DNA of 64,000 nucleotides from Macrostomum hystrix (GCA_950097015.1 CATNEN010000039.1:19158001-19222000); one strand, 5' to 3'. Positions 12,001 to 25,792 are shown, counted from the stretch's first letter. Translations and numbers: made by a program. The notes: a model not told the origin generated them from the letters alone.

Positions 12001-12502
12001 ATGCTCGCGATCTTCGCGAGTCGCTCGACTCAGAGAACCAGAAGTTGCAGTCGGCGAAACAGCTGCAGGAGACGGCAATCAGCACTGGAGAGCAATTGCG
12101 CCAGCGAGTTGAACAGCAGGAGGTCCGGCAGAAACAGCTGGAACAGGATAATCTGGCACTGCAGCGAGAGAACGGTAAAGTTCGCGAAAATAGTCGCAGA
12201 GTCGACGATCGGCTAGCTCTACTGCAGGCTGAGTTTGATGATGCCCAACGAAGGCTGAGGCAATGCGGAAATCTTCGTGAAAACTTGACCCAGCTTCAGA
12301 CACGGCTAGAAGATGTTCAGGAGAAGCTGAAGCAGTCGGAGGGAACGAGGCAGCTGCTGGAGATTGCTCTAGGAGAGCACGAGCGAGACTTTGCCAGGGA
12401 ACGAGACGAGAAGGAGAAATATAGGGCCGACTGCAACAAACTGCGCGAGAGCCTGAATCGCCGAATCGACGAGGCCACACGGGAGCAGCAGCCGGTGCTA
12501 CC

Positions 12503-12561
<59 letters not shown>

Positions 12562-12599
12562 ACATTGGTACATTTTTTGACAGGCACCGAAAGGCTTAA
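9044..12599 (+). CDS. Long coiled-coil protein, paralog B, with C-terminal polyQ; exons 9044-9723, 10377-10460, 10601-10690, 10822-11260, 11335-11415, 11979-12599
   Basis: Same exon/phase layout as paralog A; near-identical internal exons; start codon inferred. Confidence 0.75.
9800..10106 (-). mobile_element. tRNA-derived SINE (family 2), in intron 1 of paralog B; ends approximate
   Basis: Minus strand ggggtgtcggTGGCAGAGTGGttaacgcg...TGTTCGATTCC (A and B boxes); body homologous to 4120-4450. Confidence 0.7.
11566..11775 (+). mobile_element. tRNA-derived SINE (family 1), degenerate
   Basis: A/B-box-like head (tggcaacctggtgg...ggttcgaatgc); body homologous to the reverse complement of 28224-28450. 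Confidence 0.6.
12504..12557 (+). repeat. (CAG)18 coding polyglutamine tract
   Basis: Pure CAG run in the last exon of paralog B. Confidence 0.95.
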
Positions 12600-13877
12600 A
12601 TTCAGCAATGATGGTCTGCCTTGCTGGGCAGGTAAACTAAGGGTCACTAGTGCGTGTATTGTTTAAAAACTGCGACTGAAAGTTAAGGTAGATAATTTCT
12701 TAGTAAACCATATAATCTAAAAACCATATAGTCAGAAAATATAATCTAAATCGTTGGTTATTTGTGTGGAAAAAACATACGATGCAATTTCCGCCTGTAT
12801 CTCTGTCTCTATAAGGAATTGTTTTTTCTTTGCCCCCAACGCCCCAACGTGTTTTCGTTTTTTCCTGTCCTAATTTTAACTTTATAACTTTTTGTATGTA
12901 CATGTCCAGCTTTTCAGTATAAATTATTACTTTTCTGTTATTCAATATAGATAAAAACCCGGGTGTATATAATTTGTCGAACTTGTGAATGGAACGTTTT
13001 ACGGCGCGTTACATGTGTATGCTAAGGAAATGTACAAGGGCTGACCTGCAGTCCAGATTGGACAAGGCCGTTTAACAACAAGGAAATGTATAGTTTTGTC
13101 ACAATAAGTAAAGATCTCTTTTGCATACGTTTCGTCGTTTTTTACCTTTCTATCTTAAATTATTTTTTTGAAAAATGGTAAGCAAAATAACGTTTTTGTC
13201 TGTATGGAAGAAATAATATATGTGCATGCTATACTATACATAAACACTCACGCTCATTTTAATTTTTATGAATTTTTTTATTTCGAATTAGGAGCTTTTT
13301 AGCCAAATTGATCCAAATGTATATAAACTCAAATAAAATACATATACTCTAATGCTCTTAACTAAGCAAAATAAAATGCTCTAGTCCCAGGAGATCGGTT
13401 CGAATATATATAATATATAAAATAAAATTGACTTATAAAATTGACTAATAGCGCTACGAAAAGTATGAAGATATAATTTTCTCGGTATTATTTACCTACC
13501 TGAGTATTTCATTCCGTGTTCTTTATTGTTGGTTAGTTTATTGTGTACTATTGTGTCGTAAAAAATTATTTCCGGAGTTTTCAGAGCGAGTTTTAACAAA
13601 CTACACTAAATACGACTAAGATTAAAATGACAAGCGAACAGGCTTGAATGTCTAAGAGAATAAAAAAGCTTAGTTTTAAAAGTATCCTACATTTTTTTTC
13701 TCATGGTTAATGTGTCAAACTTTTGACATGAGAAGTAGCAACGTTTTTACTGTACCTGTCTGCAGACTTTAGTATTGTCTAACTAGCAAGTCTTGCCCCC
13801 CTTCGGGGAGCAGAAATACTTTTAATTCGTCTAGTATATACTCTTTAGCAGCTGAATTTACAGCTTTTTAAAGCTAC

Positions 13878-15480
13878 AATGAACCCCTAGTTGACAATGA
13901 TCCCCCGGTTGACAATGATCCCCCAGTTGACAATGAACCCCCAGTTCACAATGAACCCCCTGTTGACAACGATCCCCCAGTTGACAATGATCCCCCATTT
14001 GACAATGATCCCCCAGTTGACAATGATCCCACAGTTAACAAAGATCCCCCAGTTCACAATGATCCCCCTGTTGATGAAGTCTCCCCATTGATGATGATCC
14101 CCAGTTAACAATGTTCCTCCAGTTGACAATGTTCCCCCAGTTGACAATGATCCCCCAGTTGACAATGATCCCCCAGTTGACAATGAACCCCCAGTTGACA
14201 ATGATCCCCCAGTTGACAATGATCCCCCAGTTGACATTGAACCCCCAGTTGACAAATATCCCCCAGTTGACCATTACCCCCCAGTTGACAATGATCCCCC
14301 AGTTCACAATGATCCCCCAGTTGACAATGATCCCCCAGTTTACAATGAACCCCCAGTTGACAATGAACCCCCAGTTGACAATGATCCCCCAGTTGATGAT
14401 GATCCCCCAGTTGACAATGATCCCCCAGTTGACAATGATCCCCCAGTTGACAATGAACCCCCAGTTGACAACGATCCCCCAGTTGACAATGATCCCCCAG
14501 TTGACAATGATCCCCCAGTTGACAATGATCCCCCAGTTGATGATGATCCCCCAGTTGAAAATGATCCCCCAGTTGACAATGATCCCCCAGTTGAGAATGA
14601 TCCCCCAGTTGACAATGATCCCCCAGTTAACAAAGATCCCCCAGTTCACAATGATCCCCCAGTTGATGAAGTCTCCCCATTGATGATGATCCCTAGTTAA
14701 CAATGTTCCTCCAGTTGACAATGTTCCCCCAGTTGACAATGATCCCCAAGTTGATGATGATCACCCAGTTGACAATGATCCCCCAGTTCACAATGATCCC
14801 CCAGTTGATGATGATCCCCCAGTTGATGATGATCCCCAGTTGATGATGATTCCCCAGTTGACAAATATCCCCCAGTTGACCATTACCCCCCAGTTGACAA
14901 TGATCACAATGATCCCCCAGTTGACAATGATCCCCCAGTTGACAATGATCCCCCAGTTGACAATGATCCCCCAGTTGACAATGAACCCCCAGTTGACAAT
15001 GATCCCCCAGTTGACAATGATCCCCCAGTTGACATTGAACCCCCAGTTGACAATGATCCCCCAGTTGACAAAGATCCCCCAGTTCACAATGATCCCCCAG
15101 TTGATGAAGTCTCCCCATTGATGATGATCCCTAGTTAACAATGTTCCTCCAGTTGACAATGTTCCCCCAGTTGACAATGATCCCCGAGTTGATGATGATC
15201 ACCCAGTTGACAATGATCCCCCAGTTCACAATGATCCCCCAGTTGATGATGATCCCCCAGTTGATGATGATCCCCAGTTGATGATGATTCCCTAGTTGAC
15301 AAATATCCCCCAGTTGACCATTACCCCCCAGTTGACAATGATCCCCCAGTTGACAATGATCCCCCAGTTGATGATGATCCCCCAGTTGACAATGATCCCC
15401 CAGTTTACCAAGCTCCTCCAGTTGACGATTATCCCCCAGTTTACCTTGATCCCCATTTTGATGATGACTCCCCAGTTGAC
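13878..15480. repeat. 18-bp satellite (gttgacaatgatccccca); other arrays about 16230-16820, 18120-18790, 21085-22070, 41690-41910 (inverted), 47948-48630
   Basis: Direct tandem repeats; source of the spurious LTMIPQ/NWGIIV ORFs. Confidence 0.95.
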
Positions 15481-15489
15481 GTTGATTTT

Positions 15490-16225
15490 TCAAACGCTGG
15501 GTTAGCCAAGATTCAAACTCAGGTTTCGCCATGTTTTAAACCCTGGTGTAGCCATGATTGAAACTCTGGTTTCGCCTTGATTCAAATTTAGCCATGATTC
15601 AGACTCTAGGTTAGCCATGATTCAAACGTTGGTTTAGCCATGATTCAGACTCTGGTTTAGCCATGATTCAAACTCTGGTTTAGCCATGATTCAAACTCTG
15701 GTTTAGCCACGATTCAAACTCTGTTTTAGCCATGATTCAGACTCTGGTTTAGCCATGATTTAAACTCTGGTTTAGCCATGAGTCAGACTCTGGTTTAGCC
15801 ATGATTCAAACTCTGGTTTAGCCATGATTCAAACTCTGGTTTAGCCACGATTCAAACTCTGGTTTAGCCATGATTCAAACTCTGGTTTAGCCATGATTTA
15901 AACTCTGGTTTAGCCATGATTCAGACTATGGTTTAGCCATGATTCAAACTCTGGTTTAGCCATGATTCAGACTCTGGTTTAGCCATGATTCAGACTCTGG
16001 TTTAGCCATGATTCAGACTCTGGTTTAGCCATGATTCAAACTCTGGTTTAGCCATGATTTAAACTCTGGTTTAGCCACGATTCAAACTCTGGTTTAGCCA
16101 TGATTCAGACTCTGCTTTAGCCATGATTTAAACTCTGGTTTAGCCATGATTCAGACTGTGGTTTAGCCATGATTCAAACTCTGATTAAGCCATGATTCAG
16201 ACTCTGCTTTAGCCATGATTCAGAC
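15490..16225. repeat. 23-bp satellite A (tctggtttagccatgattcaaac); other arrays about 16830-17440, 18945-19225, 22072-22475, 48780-49930
   Basis: Direct tandem repeats. Confidence 0.95.
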
Positions 16226-18023
16226 GCTGGTGATCCCCCAGTTGATGAAGTCTCCCCATTGATGATGATCCCTAGTTAACAATGTTCCTCCAGTTGACAA
16301 TGTTCCCCCAGTTAACAATGTTCCTCCAGTTGACAATGTTCCCCCAGTTGACAATGATCCCCCAGTTGATGATGATCCCCCAGTTGACAATGATCCCCCA
16401 GTTGACAATGATCCCCCAGTTGACAATGATCCCCCAGTTGACAATGAACCCCCAGTTGACAATGATCCCCCAGTTGACAATGATCCCCCAGTTGACATTG
16501 AACCCCCTGTTGACAATGATCCCCCAGTTGACAAAGATCCCCCAGTTCACAATGATCCCCCAGTTGATGAAGTCTCCCCATTGATGATGATCCCTAGTTA
16601 ACAATGTTCCTCCAGTTGACAATGTTCCCCCAGTTGACAATGATCCCCGAGTTGATGATGATCACCCAGTTGACAATGATCCCCCAGTTCACAATGATCC
16701 CCCAGTTGATGATGATCCCCCAGTTGACAATGATCCCCCAGTTTACCAAGCTCCTCCAGTTGACGATTATCCCCCAGTTTACCTTGATCCCCATTTTGAT
16801 GATGACCCCCCAGTTGACGTTGATTTTTCAAACGCTGGGTTAGCCAAGATTCAAACTCAGGTTTCGCCATGTTTTAAACCCTGGTGTAGCCATGATTGAA
16901 ACTCTGGTTTCGCCTTGATTCAAATTTAGCCATGATTCAGACTCTAGGTTAGCCATGATTCAAACGTTGGTTTAGCCATGATTCAGACTCTGGTTTAGCC
17001 ATGATTCAAACTCTGGTTTAGCCATGATTCAAACTCTGGTTTAGCCATGATTCAAACTCTGGTTTAGCCATGATTCAGACTCTGGTTTAGCCATGATTCA
17101 AACTCTGGTTTAGCCATGAGTCAGACTCTGGTTTAGCCATGATTCAAACTCTGGTTTAGCCATGATTCAGACTCTGGTTTAGCCATGATTCAGACGCTGG
17201 TTTAGCCATGATTCAGACTCTGGTTTAGCCATGATTTAAACTCAGGTTTAGCCATGATTCAGACTCTGGTTTAGCCATGATTTAAACTCTGGTTTAGCCA
17301 TGATTTAAACTCTGGTTTAGCCATGATTCAAGCTCTGGTTTCGCCATGATTCAGACTCTGGTTTAGCCATGATTCAGACGCTGGTTTAGCCATGATTCAG
17401 ACTCTATTGTTGCAATGATTCAAACTCAGATTAGCTATGATTTATGATATTTTATTTACGAAATGAAAAAAATAAATCAAAATAATCTTCAATCACTATT
17501 GGCTGAAAATTAGTCTAAATGATTTGACGCAGTGCAGAATCGAACCCTAGCCTAGCCTAACCTATTCCTAGTGCCTACACATCGGCTATTCCGACTGTTG
17601 GTTAGTGGGTGCAAAAATCTGCCTTATAAAATGAATTCTCAAAGTTCTGGCTTTGTACAATGAAGTAAGAAAATAGAGTACACTCAGTCTCGCGGTTGGT
17701 TGTGTACATTTATTTCAAATTTGTCTCCAGAGTGCAGGCTTCAAATTCAATCAGCTAGGGGTTGTTGCGCAATTTGACGATGCAATTTCAATTCAGTGGC
17801 AGTGAGTAAAATTCTCAATATGGCCAAGATGGTTTGACCTTTGAAAAAATCATGTTTTTCGAATATTTAATCCTCTTAGCAATAAAGTTAAGCTTAATAA
17901 AAATACGTGTAAAATTGTCCCCATATTTGGCATCTTTTGGTGAAGAAATTGTGAAAATTGGTTGAGCCGTTCGGGAGAAAATCAATTACAAGCAAGCAAG
18001 CATTTCATTTTTAGTATAGTGGA

Positions 18024-20990
18024 CTAGCAAGTTTTGCCCCCCTTCGGGGAGCAGAAAAAATTTTAATTCGTCGAGTATATACTTTTAAGCAGCTGAATTT
18101 ACAGCTTCTTAAAGATAAAATGATCCCCCAGATGACATTTATCCTCTAGATGAGATTGATCCCCCAGTTGACAATGATCCCCCAGTTGACAATGATCCCC
18201 CAGTTGACAATGATCCCCCAGTTGACAATGATCCCCCAGTTGACAATGATCCCCCAGTTGACAATGATCCCCCAGTTGACAATGATTCCCCAGTTGACAA
18301 TGATCCCCCAGTTGACCATGATCCCCGATTTGATGATAATCCCCATTGATGATGATACTCAGTTGACAATGTTCCCCCCGTTGACAATGATCCCTCAGTT
18401 GACAATGTTCCCCCCGTTGACAATGATCCCTCAGTTGACAATGATCCCCCAGTTGATGATGATCCCCCAGATGACAATGATCCCCCAGTTGACAATGATC
18501 CCCCAGTTGACAATGATCCCCCAGTTGATGATGATCCCCCAGTTGACAATGTTCCACCAGTTGACAATGATCCCCCAGTTGACCATGATCCCCCAGTTGA
18601 CCATGATCCCCTATTTGATGATAATCCCCATTGATGATAATCCCCATTGATGATGATTCCCAGTTGACAATGATCCCCCATTTGACAATGATCCGCCGGT
18701 TGACAATGACCCCTTAGTTGACAATGATCCCCCAGTTGATCATGATCCCTCATTTGATGATTACTCCCTATTGATAATGATCCTCAGTTGAAAATTTTTG
18801 CCTGTTGAATATTTATATTAGCTGCTTTTGTAGAAAATTGAGAAGTACAACAATTAAATGAATTAATTGAATATCATTATGATGATATAACACAACAAAA
18901 TCAAAAGTTAGAGAATTCGATTCAATGACAAAATATAATTTTTTCCATGATTCAAACTCTGGTTTAGCCATGATTCAAACTCTTGTTTAGCCATGATTCA
19001 AGCTCTGGTTTAGCCATGATTGAGACTCTGGTTTAGCCATGATTCAAACTTAAATTTAGCCATGATTCAAACTCTGGTTTAGCCATGATTCAAACTCTGA
19101 TTTAGCCATGATTCAAACTCTGGTTTAGCCATGATTCAAGCTCTGGTTTAGCCATGATTCAAGCTCTGGTTTAGCCATGATTCAGACTCTGGCTTAGAAT
19201 GATTCAAACGCTGGTTTTGCCATGAGAACTAATTTACCCAGCAGCAGAGAACTAATACTCCCAGCAGCAGAGAGCTAATTCCCCCAGCAGCAGAGAACTA
19301 ATTCCCCCAGCAGCAGAGAACTAATTCCCCCAGCATCAGAGAACTAATTCCCCCAGCAACAGAGAACTAATACTCCCAGCAGCAGAGAACTAATTCCCCC
19401 AGCAGCAGAGAACTAATTCCCACAGCAACAGAGAACTAATACTCCCAGCAGCAGAGAACTAATTCCCCCAGCAGCAGAGAACTAATTCCCCCAGCAGCAG
19501 AGAACTAATTCCCCTAGCAACAGAGAACTAATTCCCCCCAGCAGCAGAGAACTAATTCCCCCAGCAGCAGAGAACTAATTCCCCCAGCAGCAGAGAACTA
19601 ATTCCCCCAGCAGCAGAGAACTAATTCCCCCAGCAGCAGAGAACTAATGTTCTCCAAACAGAAGAGAACCTCCATAATACCAGAATGGAGGCTACTTGCA
19701 GGCTACCAAACTCGCAGCAAGAAATTTTCGCCCTTTTTCTTTGACAGGAAACCATTGCCCCAAAATAGCATAGAAACGATGTGTCCATCGTTTTACTCAG
19801 CCCAGAAGGCAACAAATATCTCCTGTTACATCTCCTGTTACATGTGGCACGGTAGATACATTTAGAAAACTGTTGGACACATTTAGAAAATCGTTGGACA
19901 CATTTAGAAAATCGTTGAGCACTTTAGAAAACGGTTTCGATCAGTGTTCGTCGAATAAAGTTTTATAATTATTATTATTAAATAAGCTATTTTTTGATCG
20001 AATAACGCTTAAAACAATGCTCAAAAAATAGAAAAATTTGAAATAATTTACGCTCTTAGCTGCGCTCAATATTTTTTTCTTGCAGTTCTCAATTGTGATA
20101 ACGCCTGCAGCTATGCACAAAAATATTTCCGAAGTTTTATTATCGAATAAAGCTTGCTGCTTTACTCGAAAACGAATACTATTTTCTGAAAGCGAGTACA
20201 GGAATAATAAAGCTAACAAATATCTGCTTCGACAGTAGCTAACCAAAAGCGCTTACTATTTATACTCGAACCAAAAATGCCCAAAAAATACTAATAAACA
20301 GGAACTTACGTTTTTAACTGCTGATGTTTAGAAGATTAGAAGAAAAAGAAGCAGTAACAAAACCGATGCTGAAATTCTACCTGCATTCTACAATAGCATT
20401 AAAGTACTTTACTTCGGAGCTAGATGAAAAGAAAGCGGCACAATGATCGAAGTCGAGACAAGGTTTGACAATAGAAAGGCTGCAGTTTTATGGATAGAAA
20501 GGAGGAGGAGAGGTCTCGCTAGCATTGAGCATCATAAAAGCCCAATCATGAAATCTGCTATGTACTCGTACGTCTGAAATCACTCAATCAGCCAAGAGAC
20601 AAATTTATCAACGCACGTACGGGTCGAAAAGCATTGACGCAATCGCATTCAATTGAGAGTATCGGGCCCTGTTCTGTGCTATACCAATGCACGCGCGGGC
20701 GAGAAAAAGCACCGATGCAATCTAATAAAACTTACAGTGCCCGGACCTATTCCAATTTAACCTTGTTTGGCCTCCTATTGAAAGCAATAGGAAAACTCGT
20801 TTTTCGAATATTTAATATTGTTAGCATTGAAGCAGACTAACGAAATTTTCAAGGTCTCATGCCAGTAAAATTTGGCATGTTTAGCAAAAAACGCGATCAA
20901 ATTTGGTTGAGGCATTTAGCCTGTGTATCGAAATTCCACAGACAGACAGACAGACAGACAGACAGACTTTAGAGATTTAGTATAGTTGGA
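18024..20990 (-). mobile_element. Non-autonomous Helitron copy 2 (5' module Y; 18-bp, 23-bp A and 23-bp B satellites)
   Basis: 5' TCcaactatactaaa followed by (GTCT)n; 3' hairpin + CTAG abutting the TC of copy 1. Confidence 0.85.
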
Positions 20991-23900
20991 CTAGCAAGTT
21001 TTGCCCCCCTTTGGGGAGCAGAAATATTTTTAATTCGTCTAGTATATACATTTTAGCAGCTGAATTTACAGCTTTTTAAAGCTACAATGATCCCCCAGTT
21101 GACAATGATCAACCAGTTGACAATGATCCCCCAGTTGACAATGATCCCCCCAGTCGACAATGATTCCCCAGTTGACAATGATCCCCTAATTGATGATGAT
21201 CACCCAGTTGACAATGATCCCCCACTTGACAAAGATCCCATAGTTGACAATGAACCCCCAGTTGACAAGGATCCCCCAGTTGACAATGATCCCCCAGTTG
21301 ACAATGATACCCCAGTTGACAATGATCCCCCAGTTGACAATGATCCCCCAGTTGACAATGATACCCCAGTTGACAATGATCCCACAGTTGACAATGATCC
21401 CCCAGTTTACAATGATCCCCCAGTTGACAATGATCCCCCAGTTTACAATGATCCCAAAGTTGACAATGATCCTCCAGTTTACAATGATCCCAAAGTTGAC
21501 AATGATCCCCCAGTTGACAATGATACCCAGTTGACAATGATCCCCCAGTTGACAATGATACCCCAGTTGATGATGATCCCCCAGTTGACAATGATCCCCC
21601 AGTTGACAATGATTCCCCAGTCGACAATGATCCCACAATTGATGAAGATCCCGAGTTGACAATGATCCCCCAGTTGACAATGAACCTCCAATTGACAACG
21701 ATCCCCCAGTTGACAATGATCCCCCAGTTGATGATGATCAACCAGTTGACAATGATCCCACAGTTGACAATGATCCCCCAGTTGACAATGATCCCCTAGT
21801 TCACAATGATCCCCCAGATGATGATGATCCCCCAGTTGATGATGATGCCCCAGTTGACATTGATCCCCCAGGTTACAATGATCCCCCAGTTGATGATGAT
21901 CACCCAGTTGACAATGATCTCCCAGTTGACCATGATCCCCCATTTGATGATGACTCCCAATTAAATGATGATGATCCCCATTTGACAATGATCCCCAGTT
22001 GACCATGATCCCCCATTTGATGATGATTCCCCAGTTTACAATTATCCCACAGTTGACGATTATCCCCCAGTTCTGGTTTAGCTATACTATGATTCAAACT
22101 CTGGTTTTGCCATGATTCAAACTCTGATTTTGCCATGGTTCAAACTCTGGTTTAGCCATGATTCAGACTCTGGTTGGCCATGATTCAAACGCTGGTTTAG
22201 CCATGATTCAAACTCTGGTTTAGCCATGATTCAAACTCTCATTTAGCCATGATTCAAACTCTTGTTTAGCCATGATTCAAACTCTTGTTTAGCCATGATT
22301 CAAACTCTGGTTTTGCCATGATTCAAACTTAAATTTAGCCATGATTCAGACTCTGGTTTAGCCATGATTCAGACTCTGGTTTAGCCATGATTCAGACTCT
22401 GGTTTAGCCTTGATTCAGACTCTGCCATGATTCAGACTCTGGTTTAGCCATGATTCAAACGCTGGTTTTGCCATGAGAACTAATTTCCCCAGCAGCAGAG
22501 AACTAATTCCCCCAGCAGCAGAGAACTAATTTCCCCAGCAGCAGAGAACTAATTTCCCGAGCAGCAGAGAACTAATTCCCCCAGCAGCAGAGAACTAATT
22601 CCCCCAGCAGCAGAGAACTAATTTCTCCAGCAGCAGAGAACTAATTCCCCCAGCATCAGAGAACTAATTCCCCCAGCAGCAGAGAACTAATTCCCCCAGC
22701 AGCAGAGAACTAATTCCCCCAGCAGCAGAGAACTAATTTCCCCAGCAGCAGAGAACTAATTTCCCGAGCAGCAGAGAACTAATTCCCCCAGCAGCAGAGA
22801 ACTAATTCCCCCAGCAGCAGAGAACTAATTCCCCCAGCAGCAGAGAACTAATTCCCCCAGCAGCAGAGAACTAATTCCCCCAGCAGCAGAGAACTAATTC
22901 CCCCAGCAGCAGAGAACTAATTCCCCCAGCAGCAGAGAACTAATTCCCCCAGCATCAGAGAACTAATTCCCCCAGCAGCAGAGAACTAATTCCCCCAGCA
23001 GCAGAGAACTAATTCCCCCAGCAGCAGAGAACTAATTCCCCCAGCATCAGAGAACTAATTCCCCCAGCAGCAGAGAACTAATTCCCCCAGCAGCAGAGAA
23101 CTAATTCCCCCAGCAGCAGAGAACTAATTCCCCCAGCAGCAGAGAACTAATTCCCCCAGCATCAGAGAACTAATTCCCCCAGCAGCAGAGAACTAATTCC
23201 CCCAGCAGCAGAGAACTAATTCCCCCAGCAGCAGAGAACTAATTCCCCCAGCAGCAGAGAACTAATGTTCTCCAAACAGAAGAGAACCTCCATAATACCA
23301 GAATGGAGGCTACTTGCAGGCTACCAAACTCGCAGCAAGAAATGTTTGCCCTTTTTCTTTGACAGGAAACCATTGCCCCCAAATAGCATAGAAACGATGT
23401 GTCCATCGTTTTACTCAGCCCAGAAGGCAACAAATATCTCCTGTTACATCTCCTGTTACATGTGGCACGGTAGATACATTTAGAAAACTGTTAAACACAT
23501 TTAGAAAACTGTTAAACACATTTAGAAAATCGTTGAGCACTTTAGAAAACGGTTTCGATCAGTGTTCGTCGAATAAAGTTTTATAATTATTATTATTAAA
23601 TAAGCTATTTTTTTGATCGAATAACGCTTAAAACAATGCTCAAAAAATTTTGAAATAATTTACGCTCTTAGCTGCGCTCAATATATTTTTCTTGCAGTTC
23701 TCAATTGTGATATCGCCTGCAGCTATGCACAAAAAATGTTTCCTAAGTTTTATTATCGAATTCCCGATACTCGAAAAAACTAATACTATTTTCTGAAAGG
23801 GAGTACAGGAATAATAAAGCTAACAAATATCTGCTTCGACAGTAGCTAACCAAAATCGCTTACTATTTATACTCGAACCAAAAATGCCCAAAAAGTACTA

Positions 23901-24596
23901 ATAAATAGGAACTTACGTTTTTAACTGCTGATGTTTAGAAGATTAGAAGGAAAAGAAGCAGTAACAAAACCGATGCTGAAATTCTACCTGCATTCTACAA
24001 AAGCATTAAAGTACTTTACTTCGGAGCTAGATGAAAAGAAAGCGGCACAATGATCGAAGTCGAGACAAGGTTTGACAATAGAAAGGCTGCAGTTTTATGG
24101 ATAGAAAGGAGGAGGAGAGGTCTCGCTAGCATTGAGCATCATAAAAGCCCAATCATGAAATCTGCTATGTACGTTTTGCGTATTCAAATCAAATCACTCG
24201 ATCAGCCAAGAGACAAATTTATAAACGTACGTAGGGGTCGAAAAGCAGTGACGCAATCCTATTCAATTGAGAGTATCGGGCCCTGTTCTGTGCTATACCA
24301 ATGCACGCGCGGGCGAGAAAAAGCACCGATGCAATCTAATAAAACTGACAGTGTCCGGCCCTATTCTAATTTAACCTTGTTTGGCCTCCTATTAAAAGCA
24401 AAAGGAAAACTCGTATTTGGAATATTTAATATTTTTAGCATTGAAGCAGACTAACGAAATTTTCAAGGTCTCATGCCAGTAAAATTTGGCATGTTTAGCA
24501 AAAAACGCGATCAAATTTGGTTGAGGCATTTAGCCTGTGTATCGAAATTCCACAGACAGACAGACAGACAGACTTTAGAGATTTAGTATAGTTGGA
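20991..24596 (-). mobile_element. Non-autonomous Helitron copy 3 (5' module Y)
   Basis: Host A|TCcaactatactaaa at 24597/24596; 3' hairpin + CTAG abutting copy 2; the ~1.3-kb unique module is nearly identical to that of copy 2. Confidence 0.85.
22475..23266. repeat. 23-bp satellite B (actaattcccccagcagcagaga); other array about 19225-19648
   Basis: Direct tandem repeats, present only in module-Y Helitrons. Confidence 0.95.
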
Positions 24597-25792
24597 TGTA
24601 CTAAGAATCTGTACTTTTTGTTATGCTAAAGAAGGTGTTGAATCGTTTAATTTAATAATAACAATTTTGTATCCGATTAATCATGATACATTCATAAATT
24701 CAATCCACCATACTCTGCACTTGTTGCCACTGCAACGTGCGTCGAAAGACACTGAGAATATTTTGCTTAGTTTTTAGTTTGTTTGATAAAAGTATGATAA
24801 AAATCCTGTTCCTACCTGCCTAATATATGTAGCATAAAATTTTAACATAAATTAAACATTTATGCTTAAAAGCTAAAGTAAAATTAAGCTAGATAAGATC
24901 CTGTTCTGAACTGTATCAACTATAGCCTAACTAAAAATAAAAAGTGTGTGTTATGCTAAAAATGTAAACTATATTTATGCTGTGTATCTATTAGTCAGGG
25001 GTATCTACATAAACTATCAGCCATCTGCCAATTGTAAATTGCTAACCTAAATATCCAAATGACACATAAATTTTTGATCAAGTTCATATTTAAATATTCC
25101 TTTTAAAAAAGAAAATAAACTTTTTTGAATTGTATTTGTATGCCATGTCATGGTCTGTAAAGTCAAATAAGAGTCACGGGGATAATAATATGCAATCCAA
25201 TACTAGTTGCGAAACTGATGCTTGGGCCTCAGAGAAGACTCGGTGCCACATGAATTCCTGGAGGTATGTCTCAAATAGACAAACAGTACATATATACTAT
25301 AGATGTAGATAGTTGCCAATTTAAATATAATATAGTGCTATCTTATATAAAGATGAATTTTTATATTGAAACAAAACAGTACTATTATGTTTTTTTTTTA
25401 ATTATAATTTAGTATTTTTATAGTTTTCTTTTTTAGTATAATTTATGTTATAAACCCAGAATTTTTGTTATGACTTCTTATAAAATTTATAGAATAATTT
25501 GAAAGTACTGTTAATAAAAGTGTAGTTCATTGCAATAAACCTAGCTATGATAATTATGATCAGCTATACTCTATATAATTTCATTTATTTCTTGTCATAC
25601 TTATATATAGTAAATTACACAAAAAAGCCTAATTATTACTCATAGTTACAATTTTGTTTTGTGTTTTTTGTTTTTCATTGCCATTACATTAAGAAGTGTC
25701 ACTCTCAAGGCTCTTCACAGAGACATAAGATGATAGTTTAAGACACTTCAAACAACCCTCAGCCACAAAAGCCACTGCTGCCGCAGCTGGTG

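Larger units (their letters stand above)
13783..18023 (-). mobile_element. Non-autonomous Helitron copy 1 (5' module X; 18-bp and 23-bp satellite blocks, internally duplicated)
   Basis: Minus strand starts TCcactatactaaa followed by (TTGC)n, and ends with hairpin tgctccccgaaggggggca + aagacttgCTAG, then host T. Confidence 0.85.

Noticed and set aside
13887-22136. Many long ORFs (LTMIPQ, NWGIIV, STGGSL, QLGDHC repeats)
   Set aside because: Translations of the stop-poor 18-bp satellite in several frames on both strands, inside Helitron ends; not genes.
19621-24454. Duplicated small ORFs in Helitron module Y (e.g. 24050-24454) as a captured gene or RepHel
   Set aside because: No HUH or helicase motifs, and the frame is not preserved between the two copies.
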